This document shows, piece after piece, positions 7,052 to 13,323 of a DNA stretch of 24,000 nt. Origin of the DNA: Mycolicibacterium senegalense (GTDB lineage Bacteria; Actinomycetota; Actinomycetes; Mycobacteriales; Mycobacteriaceae); NCBI RefSeq assembly GCF_019645875.1, contig NZ_CP081000.1, positions 4,810,417 through 4,834,416 of the forward strand, in the 5' to 3' direction. Below the pieces are notes generated by a model. The model was not told the origin of the DNA. It did no database searches and was given only the letters and a program-made list of their open reading frames with translations. Position 1 is the stretch's first letter; each line of letters starts with the position of its first letter. A program made the translations under genes and the position numbers.

Positions 7052-7080
7052 AGCAGCCCCTGGATTTTCCAGGGGCTGCT
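7052..7080. terminator. Bidirectional intrinsic terminator between the convergent mscL and porin genes
   Basis: A perfect 12-bp stem, agcagcccctgg (7052-7063) pairing with ccaggggctgct (7069-7080), has a 5-nt loop. It is flanked by an A-run (7047-7052) and a T-run (7080-7084), so it is followed by a U-tract on either strand. Confidence 0.9.
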
Positions 7081-7095
7081 TTTTGTAGACCTAGA

Positions 7096-7743
7096 TCAGT
7101 TCATGTTCCAGGGCTCGCCGTAGGTGGTGACGCTGTCACCGGTCGAGGCGATCAGCCGGGCGAACGGACGCAGCAACACACCACCGGCCGCACCGGTCAC
7201 CGTGCCGTGCGCGTTGGACACCGCCACACCGCCGGCCGCACCCTTGACGTCCACCGAGAAGGTCGCCACCTCCTGGATGCCCGGGCCGTTGCCCAGATCC
7301 GCGCTGATCGACACACCCGGGAACAGGTTCGGGGTGATCACCGACTCCAGACCGAACGGAGGGCCGGTGATGTCACCATCGTCGATCAGGATGTTCGGGG
7401 TGGTGTAGGAGAAGTTGATCCCCACACCCAGTGACCAGGGGAAGCCGATCTGGTAACCCAGCTCCAGCGTGCCCTCGAACTCCTCGGCGCCGGGGCCGGC
7501 CACGGTGTACTTGGCCCGACCGGAATGGAACCACTCACGGGTCAGCCGGTTGCGGTCCAACGGGAACACACCGTTGAGGAAGGTGTCCCACTGCTGAACG
7601 GTCAGCGTCCGATCCTGACCATCGACCAGGCTCAGTTCATTGTCCAGACCCGCATGAGAAGTACCGGTGCCTATGAACAGGCCGGCGAAGATCCCGGCCA
7701 TTGCGGTCACCAACGCGACCAGCACTCGACTGAATGCCTTCAT
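7096..7743 (-). CDS. MspA-family octameric outer-membrane porin (precursor with signal peptide)
   Basis: The mature sequence GLDNELSLVDGQDRTLTVQQWDTFLNGVFPLDRNRLTREWFHSGRAKY...NILIDDGDIT...GEPWNMN is near-identical to my memory of M. smegmatis MspA, with about 6 substitutions, and the D90/D91/D93 constriction is conserved. ATG 7743 (MKAFSRVLVALV...SHA) follows a GGGAGA SD. By synteny next to mscL/moaB2/mprAB it resembles the mspC locus, but I am not certain of this. Confidence 0.95.
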   Translation of the reverse strand: MKAFSRVLVALVTAMAGIFAGLFIGTGTSHAGLDNELSLVDGQDRTLTVQQWDTFLNGVFPLDRNRLTREWFHSGRAKYTVAGPGAEEFEGTLELGYQIGFPWSLGVGINFSYTTPNILIDDGDITGPPFGLESVITPNLFPGVSISADLGNGPGIQEVATFSVDVKGAAGGVAVSNAHGTVTGAAGGVLLRPFARLIASTGDSVTTYGEPWNMN

Positions 7744-8129
7744 GTTCTCCCTAGCTATATCGCCGGCGTTCCCGGAGGCACACCGTTTGTGGTCGGCTTC
7801 CCGGCCCCCGCAGACCGTATCGCCCCGCAAGACCTACATGTGACGCGGATTAGAAACCCCACACGTTGCTCTTACGTAATGCTCATCGTTGACACGAGGA
7901 ACATAACGGCAGCCCACCGGGGCGGCAACGCAAGCACATATCGACGGGGCTGCATACCGTCAACGGGTGAATGTTTGCTGGGAAGAAGCTGGGAGCCTGC
8001 ACCCGACATGATGGCGCTGCGAATTGGGCGGCAGGGCAATGCCGTGATGCCGTTCGCCTTGATAACAAACTGAGGTACAGAACACTGCCGAAGCGGGAGG
8101 TTTCTCACCGCCACAGGCCCCTCACCTAT

Positions 8130-8291
8130 TCATTGGTGATGTGGCGGAATGTTGTTCCGCAACCAGCGGTCGCGGTCGGCGTCGTCGTCCGGCGAAGCCG
8201 TGTCGCGTTCGTCGGGCGCGATGTCCGGGATGGCGTCACCGAAAATCTTGTTAACTGCGTGGCGCGAGGGTTTGTTCGCTTCCGGCATCAT
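8130..8291 (-). CDS. Unlisted small ORF (53 aa), acidic hypothetical protein
   Basis: My hand translation of the minus strand gives MMPEANKPSRHAVNKIFGDAIPDIAPDERDTASPDDDADRDRWLRNNIPPHHQ*. An AAGGGAA SD lies 5-8 nt upstream and there is a strong G/C bias at codon position 3. It is below the length cutoff of the ORF track. The overlapping plus-strand ORF 7971..8306 looks like its shadow. Confidence 0.5.
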   Translation of the reverse strand: MMPEANKPSRHAVNKIFGDAIPDIAPDERDTASPDDDADRDRWLRNNIPPHHQ

Positions 8292-8301
8292 CCATTCCCT
8301 T

Positions 8302-8317
8302 TGTGATGAAGATCACA
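8302..8317. promoter_or_regulatory. Perfect CRP/FNR-type palindrome TGTGA-N6-TCACA
   Basis: TGTGATGAAGATCACA has both 5-bp arms perfect with 6-bp spacing (extended palindrome TGTGAT-GAAG-ATCACA). It lies in the intergenic region between moaB2 and the small ORF, 11-26 nt upstream of the small-ORF ATG. Confidence 0.6.
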
Positions 8318-8399
8318 TCTCATCCTAGTCGGCGCTACGACGAGCGTTAACCTGCTCTTAACCAGAACAGCCGCCCCGCCTGAACTCGCCTAGAAACAA

Positions 8400-8425
8400 A
8401 AACGGCGGCCGGTTGGCCGCCGTTT
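8400..8425 (-). terminator. Intrinsic terminator downstream of moaB2
   Basis: An 11-bp stem, aaacggcggcc (8400-8410) pairing with ggccgccgttt (8415-8425), has a 4-nt loop. On the minus strand it is followed by TTTTTGTTTCT. It starts 10 nt after the moaB2 stop. Confidence 0.8.
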
Positions 8426-8435
8426 CGTTTCGAGA

Positions 8436-9014
8436 TCAGATCTCCAGACTTGATAGCTGGCCGATGACTTGGGCGGCCAGCGGGCCGAGGGTGGCCATCC
8501 CGTCGCGCACCGCGGCACGCGACCCTGCGATGTTGACCACCAACGTGCTGCCCGAGACCCCGCACAGGCCACGTGACAGGCCCGCATCGGGAATCCCGGC
8601 CGAAAGGCCCGACGCGCGCAGCGCCTCGGCGATGCCCAGCAGCTCCCGGTCGAGGATGTCGAGCGTTGCCTCCGGCGTCACATCGCGCGGGGTCACCCCC
8701 GTCCCGCCGACCGAGACCACCAGATCGACGCCACCGATCACCGCGGTGTTCAGCGCGTTGCGGATCTCGACCTCGTCCGCGGCGACGACCACAACTCCGT
8801 CGACGACGAAGCCGGCCTCCCCCAACAATTCCGTGACCAACGGACCGCTGTGGTCTTCTTCGCCATGTGCGGTGCGATCGTCCACGACGACGACGAGCGC
8901 CCGGCCCACCAACTCCCCTGGTTGTTCCATGCCTGCAACCGTATATCCGGCGGCAGACAACGGTGTAGCCAGACGGAGGGTGGCCATGTTGTCGGATCCG
9001 ATCACCGTGCTCAC
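8436..9014 (-). CDS. moaB2: MoaB/MogA-family molybdenum cofactor biosynthesis protein
   Basis: LVVVVDDRTAHGEEDHSGPLVTELL...DLVVSVGGTGVTPRDVTPEA...GIPDAGLSRGLCGVSGSTLVVNIAGS is typical of MoaB/MogA. GTG 9014 overlaps the pepD stop (GTGA on the minus strand). Internal ATGs at 8987 and further downstream are alternative starts. Confidence 0.85.
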   Translation of the reverse strand: MSTVIGSDNMATLRLATPLSAAGYTVAGMEQPGELVGRALVVVVDDRTAHGEEDHSGPLVTELLGEAGFVVDGVVVVAADEVEIRNALNTAVIGGVDLVVSVGGTGVTPRDVTPEATLDILDRELLGIAEALRASGLSAGIPDAGLSRGLCGVSGSTLVVNIAGSRAAVRDGMATLGPLAAQVIGQLSSLEI

Positions 9015-10372
9015 TGTTCCGCCCTTCCAAGCGTGACTTCGACCGTCTGTGGTTTGCCGCCCTGATCCAGGAAGGTCAGCGTGACCTTGTCACCAGGGGC
9101 CTTGGACCGCACCGCGGCCACGAGGGCGTCGGCGCTGCCGATCACCCGGTCATCGACCTTGGTGACCGTGACACCGCTGGGCAGACCGGCCGCCGCAGCG
9201 GCCCCGCCGTTGGTGACCTCGACGATCTTGGCGCCGTCGCTGGTCTTGTCGTTGGCCACCTGCACGCCCAGTGAGGCATGCGACGCCGTCCCGTTCTGGA
9301 TCAGCTCGTCTGCGATGCGCTTGGCCTGATCGACCGGGATCGCGAAGCCCAGCCCGATCGAACCGCTCTGCGCCTGCGGCGAATCTCCGCCCATCGTGGC
9401 GATCGCCGAGTTGATGCCGACCAGCTCGCCGTTCATGTTGACCAGCGCGCCACCGGAGTTACCCGGATTGATGGCGGCGTCGGTCTGGATGGCGTCGAGC
9501 ACGGTGTTCTGATTGCGGGTGTCGCCGCCGGCCGCGACCGGCCGGTTCAGCGCGCTGATGATGCCGGTGGTGACGGTGCCTTCCAGACCGAGCGGCGACC
9601 CGATCGCGACGACGTCCTGGCCCACCCGAAGGTTGGCCGACGACCCGAGGGTGATCGGGGTCAGACCCGAAACGTCCTGCGCCCGCACAACAGCGATGTC
9701 ACTGCTGGGATCGGTGCCGACGACGGTGAACGGCTTGGTGGTTCCGTCGGAGAACGTCACCTTGGTCTGGGCGCCTACCGGCGCCGCGCCCGGCAAGGGC
9801 GACGCAGCGGGGGTGCCCGGCTTGGCGGCCTGCACGACGTGGTTGTTGGTCAGGATCAGGCCGTCTGCGGTGAGGATGATGCCCGAGCCCTCCTCGGAAG
9901 CACGCCCCAGATCCGTCTCGAGCTTGACCACGCTCGGCACCACCTTGGCCGCCACCTGTTCCACCGAGCCAGGGGGCAGCGCGGCCGCGGGGACGGTCGG
10001 TGCGGCACCGAGCCCCTGGGTGCCCAGACGCGGGTGGTCGTCGTGCACCAGGGTGGCGACACCGCCGCCAACGCCTGCGGACACCACGGCCACCGCGATT
10101 GCCCCGGCGAGCAGGCCGGCCTTGGAACGTTTCTTGGGTGGGATCGGCTGCGGGCTGGCCGAAACGCGGTACGGGTCATACGGCGCGCGGTAGGCCTGCT
10201 GCTGCTGAACCGGGTGCTGCTGCGTCTGATGCGTGGGGTGCTGCTGCTGACGCGCGTATCGCCAGTCGTAGGGCTGCGACTGGTAGGGGTCTGGACGCGC
10301 ACCGGCGTATCCGGGGGCAACGCCGCCGGAGTGCTGCTCCGGCTGGTGGGGGTACCTCGGGTGGTTCGTCAT
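9011..10372 (-). CDS. pepD: HtrA-like serine protease PepD (Pro/Gln/Tyr-rich cytoplasmic N-terminus, TM helix, trypsin-like domain, PDZ)
   Basis: The catalytic motifs TNNHVV (His) and GNSGGALVN (Ser) are present, along with a C-terminal PDZ-like region (GVQVAND...VTKVDDRVIGSADALVAAV). It sits downstream of mprAB, as in M. tuberculosis. Confidence 0.92.
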   Translation of the reverse strand: MTNHPRYPHQPEQHSGGVAPGYAGARPDPYQSQPYDWRYARQQQHPTHQTQQHPVQQQQAYRAPYDPYRVSASPQPIPPKKRSKAGLLAGAIAVAVVSAGVGGGVATLVHDDHPRLGTQGLGAAPTVPAAALPPGSVEQVAAKVVPSVVKLETDLGRASEEGSGIILTADGLILTNNHVVQAAKPGTPAASPLPGAAPVGAQTKVTFSDGTTKPFTVVGTDPSSDIAVVRAQDVSGLTPITLGSSANLRVGQDVVAIGSPLGLEGTVTTGIISALNRPVAAGGDTRNQNTVLDAIQTDAAINPGNSGGALVNMNGELVGINSAIATMGGDSPQAQSGSIGLGFAIPVDQAKRIADELIQNGTASHASLGVQVANDKTSDGAKIVEVTNGGAAAAAGLPSGVTVTKVDDRVIGSADALVAAVRSKAPGDKVTLTFLDQGGKPQTVEVTLGRAEQ

Positions 10373-10512
10373 CGTGCTGCGTGCTCTTCTCTTGTAAAAG
10401 GTCCACCGGCCAGTAACGCAGGCCCGGTCCGACCCGTTTGTCCAACCCTCGTGTCTGTCGAATCGTTCAATTCGTCAAACGATCTTGTCGCCACTCAAGT
10501 TGCCCAGATGGG

Positions 10513-10542
10513 CTGAGAATCCACTTAGAGATCCCTGACCCA
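10513..10542 (-). promoter_or_regulatory. Three phased 8-bp direct repeats (8-3-8-3-8), a candidate MprA-box cluster upstream of pepD
   Basis: The minus strand reads TGGGTCAG-GGA-TCTCTAAG-TGG-ATTCTCAG, with (C/T)(C/A)AG cores at 11-bp phasing. It lies 141-170 nt upstream of the pepD ATG, in the mprB-pepD intergenic region. Confidence 0.5.
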
Positions 10543-10575
10543 CCGATCACCAGTCCCCCGACCGACTTAACTGTC

Positions 10576-12048
10576 TCACCTTTTCTCCGAGCCGACGGTG
10601 TACCCACCATCGGCTCGAGTCATGTGTGTCGCTGCGCCGGTGGGGATCGGCTGCCCTGGCAGCACCATGTGGAACGAGGCTCCCGGTGGCGTGCCGCCCG
10701 GCACGGTCTCGTCAATCCGCAGTGCCCCACCGTGTTTGAGCACCACCTGCTGGACGATAGCCAATCCGAGGCCGGAACCCGGCATCGCCCTCGCCGCATC
10801 CGACCGGTAGAAGCGTTCGAACACCAACGCCCGCTCCTGTGGCGGGATGCCGGGCCCATGGTCAGCGACCACCAGTTCGGCGTGGGTGGGATCGACTTGA
10901 TGCAATCTCACACCGACGCGTCCGCCGGCCGGACTCCACTTGGCGGCGTTGTCGAGCAGGTTGAGCACAGCACGGCCCAGGCCGGGCGCGTCTCCGAACA
11001 CCTGCCACCCGGTGACATCGACGTCGAATTCGATGTCGTTGCGGCGGCGGCGGACCCGTTCCAGGCTGCGGTCGATGACCTCCGACATGTCGACGGGCTC
11101 CGGCGTGATGTCGCCGGCATCGTCGCGGGTGAGGTCGACGAGGTCGCCGACCAGGGTGGACAGCTCCTCGATCTGGGCGATCACGTCGGCCTGCAGCCCA
11201 TCCATCTCGTCCTTGGGCAGCGGCGGCGCCCCGGGCGCCTGCGAGGCCATCAGCAGTTCGACGTTGGTGCGCAGCGAGGTCAGTGGCGTCCTCAGCTCGT
11301 GCCCGGCGTCGGACACCAGCCGGGATTGTCGTTCCCTCGATTCAGCCAGCGCTCGCAGCATCATGTTGAACGCCTCGGTGAGCCGCGCCAGCTCGTCGCT
11401 GCCGACCACCGGGATCGGCCGCAGATCGTCGGTGCGGGCCACCCGCTCTGCGGCTTCGGTGAGTCTGCCCACCGGTCTGAGCCCGGCTCGCGCCACCGCA
11501 CCGCCGGCCATTGCGGCCACCGCCACCCCGACGCCGCCGACGATGAGCAGCACCGTGCCCAGCCGTCTGAGCACTTGGACAGTGGGTGCCAGGCTCTTCG
11601 AGATCAACAGGGAACTGCCGTTGGCCAGGTGCACCGCGAGCACCCGCTGGTGGTTGGCGGTACGCAGCGACATCAGCAGCTCACCGGAGATGACGTCTTT
11701 CTCCGCCTTGCCCAGCGGCAGCATCTGGCCCTGCTGATTGGCCGTGTAGATGGACCGGCCCGGGATCACCAGCATGGCGTTGACGTCCGAGTACGCGGTG
11801 CCCTCGATGGCCTTGCCAGGGTCAGCGGCCAGCGATCCGCTCTCGATGAGCAACCGGGCCCGGCTGTGCAGCTGGTTGTCGAGGTCGTCGTACAGGGCGC
11901 GGGAGACGACGGCGTAGACGGCGACGGCCATCAGGACGACCACCATGGCGACCATCGACATCGCCAGCATCATCACGCGCCAGCGCAACGAGAGTGAGCT
12001 GGTGTTTCGGAGATTGGCTGTTCGCCAGGTGTTCGCGTTGAGCGCCAT
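10576..12048 (-). CDS. mprB: Two-component sensor histidine kinase MprB
   Basis: It has two TM segments, HAMP, a HisKA H-box (SDAGHELRTPLTSL) and HATPase_c (NLLDNAAKWSP...DHGPGI...GSGLGLAIV). ATG 12048 lies 4 nt after the mprA stop. The ORF-track start at 12051 is a TTG. Confidence 0.92.
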   Translation of the reverse strand: MALNANTWRTANLRNTSSLSLRWRVMMLAMSMVAMVVVLMAVAVYAVVSRALYDDLDNQLHSRARLLIESGSLAADPGKAIEGTAYSDVNAMLVIPGRSIYTANQQGQMLPLGKAEKDVISGELLMSLRTANHQRVLAVHLANGSSLLISKSLAPTVQVLRRLGTVLLIVGGVGVAVAAMAGGAVARAGLRPVGRLTEAAERVARTDDLRPIPVVGSDELARLTEAFNMMLRALAESRERQSRLVSDAGHELRTPLTSLRTNVELLMASQAPGAPPLPKDEMDGLQADVIAQIEELSTLVGDLVDLTRDDAGDITPEPVDMSEVIDRSLERVRRRRNDIEFDVDVTGWQVFGDAPGLGRAVLNLLDNAAKWSPAGGRVGVRLHQVDPTHAELVVADHGPGIPPQERALVFERFYRSDAARAMPGSGLGLAIVQQVVLKHGGALRIDETVPGGTPPGASFHMVLPGQPIPTGAATHMTRADGGYTVGSEKR

Positions 12049-12052
12049 CAAA

Positions 12053-12745
12053 TCAGGGAGGTGTTTCGCGCAGCACGTAACCGACGCCGCGCACGGTATG
12101 GATCAGCCGGGGCTCGCCGTCGGCCTCGGTCTTGCGGCGGAGGTAGCCGATGTACACCTCGAGCGCGTTGCCGGAGGTCGGGAAATCGAATCCCCACACC
12201 TCTTCGAGGATGCGGCTACGGGTGAGCACCCGCCGCGGGTTGGCGATCAGCATTTCCAGCAGCGAGAACTCGGTGCGGGTGAGGCTGATCTGACGCTGGC
12301 CGCGGGTCACCTCACGGGTCACCGGGTCGAGCGTCAGGTCGGTGAACGACATCTTCTGGGAGTCGGCGCCGTCGTCGCTGACGGTGCGGCGCAGCAACGC
12401 GCGCATCCGCGCCAGGAGCTCCTCGAGCGCGAACGGCTTGGGCAGGTAGTCGTCCGCACCGGCGTCCAGTCCGGCGACCCGCTCGGAGACCGAGTCGCGA
12501 GCCGTCAACACCAGGATCGGCAGATCGTCACCGGTGCTGCGGAGCTGCCGGCAGACCTCCAAGCCATCCAGCCGCGGCATCATCACGTCCAGCACCACAG
12601 CGTCAGGCCGGTCATTGGCAATCGCTTCAAGAGCTTCGACCCCATCCTGGGCGAGCTCGACGGAATAACCATTGAAGGAAAGCGACCGGCACAGGGATTC
12701 GCGCACAGCGCGATCGTCGTCAACGACAAGTATGCGCACAGGCAC
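12053..12745 (-). CDS. mprA: OmpR-family response regulator MprA
   Basis: [37 protein letters not shown]...[67 protein letters not shown] is almost identical to my memory of M. tuberculosis MprA and has the same 230-aa length. GTG start. Confidence 0.95.
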   Translation of the reverse strand: MPVRILVVDDDRAVRESLCRSLSFNGYSVELAQDGVEALEAIANDRPDAVVLDVMMPRLDGLEVCRQLRSTGDDLPILVLTARDSVSERVAGLDAGADDYLPKPFALEELLARMRALLRRTVSDDGADSQKMSFTDLTLDPVTREVTRGQRQISLTRTEFSLLEMLIANPRRVLTRSRILEEVWGFDFPTSGNALEVYIGYLRRKTEADGEPRLIHTVRGVGYVLRETPP

Positions 12746-12761
12746 AGTTTCAACCCGCTAT

Positions 12762-12780
12762 CTGAGAGAGGGCTGAGAGG
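12762..12780 (-). promoter_or_regulatory. Tandem 8-bp direct repeat (8-3-8), proximal candidate MprA box upstream of mprA
   Basis: The minus strand reads CCTCTCAG-CCC-TCTCTCAG, 17-35 nt upstream of the mprA GTG. Confidence 0.55.
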
Positions 12781-12811
12781 CGCGCCGCAAATTCGCCGAG
12801 CGTTTTTTGCG

Positions 12812-12830
12812 GGCCTGACCAACCCTGAGC
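12812..12830 (-). promoter_or_regulatory. Second, more degenerate 8-3-8 direct repeat upstream of mprA
   Basis: The minus strand reads GCTCAGGG-TTG-GTCAGGCC, with TCAG cores 11 bp apart. It lies 67-85 nt upstream of the mprA GTG and 50 bp from the proximal box. Confidence 0.4.
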
Positions 12831-12835
12831 ACGAC

Positions 12836-12867
12836 AAAGAGCGCTACCACTCGGGGTAGCGCTCTTT
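12836..12867 (-). terminator. Hairpin terminator downstream of rpmF
   Basis: A perfect 13-bp stem, aaagagcgctacc (12836-12848) pairing with ggtagcgctcttt (12855-12867), has a 6-nt loop. It lies 16 nt after the rpmF stop. On the minus strand it runs into CTTTGTCGT, which is only a weak U-tract. Confidence 0.65.
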
Positions 12868-12882
12868 GGAAGTGTTGCGGTT

Positions 12883-13056
12883 CTAGCGCTTGTCGAGGTC
12901 GACCAGGCCGAGACGGGCGGCCTTGAGCAGACGGCGCGGCACCTTGTGCTGCTGACCGGCGACGTTGACGCCGACGAGACCGGTGGCCTCGGCCTTCCAC
13001 TGCGCGCGCCGGCTACGGGTGTTCGCGCGCGACATTCTGCGCTTGGGCACAGCCAT
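12883..13056 (-). CDS. rpmF: 50S ribosomal protein L32
   Basis: [57 protein letters not shown] (57 aa). An AAGGAGA SD lies 9 nt upstream of ATG 13056. The ORF-track start at 13194 is too far upstream. Confidence 0.95.
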   Translation of the reverse strand: MAVPKRRMSRANTRSRRAQWKAEATGLVGVNVAGQQHKVPRRLLKAARLGLVDLDKR

Positions 13057-13252
13057 GACGTGCATCTCCTTGCTTTGGGGGTTGCCGCGCGCATCGCAGC
13101 GGCAGACGACTGCCCTACAGAGTAACGGTTGACCTGCGTCGGCTCCAAAACGAGGAGAATTCCTGCGCCGAACGCGACGCAAACGTCGCTGCACGCCCCG
13201 CCAGACGATGTCTGCGTCACACTCGGGGCATCCGCCGGGACCGGACCACCCC

Positions 13253-13283
13253 TTGACGCGGTACCGACGGTACCCGCTAACCT
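13253..13283 (+). promoter_or_regulatory. Candidate promoter with an embedded operator palindrome for the atuA-like operon
   Basis: TTGACG (13253-13258), then the 19-nt cgGGTACCgacGGTACCcgc (13259-13277), then TAACCT (13278-13283, TANNNT). The two GGTACC hexamers form an imperfect inverted repeat, GCGGTACCG/CGGTACCcGC. It lies 41-71 nt upstream of GTG 13324. The 19-nt spacer is longer than optimal. Confidence 0.35.
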
Positions 13284-13323
13284 ACCGGTTGGTTGGTCCC
13301 TTTCAGCGTTGACGGGAGTTCAT

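Noticed and set aside
7971-8306. A 111-aa plus-strand ORF in the porin/moaB2 intergenic region.
   Set aside because: It has no SD and an Arg/Val-rich, non-protein-like translation. Its 3' half is the antisense shadow of the better-supported 53-aa minus-strand ORF (8130-8291).
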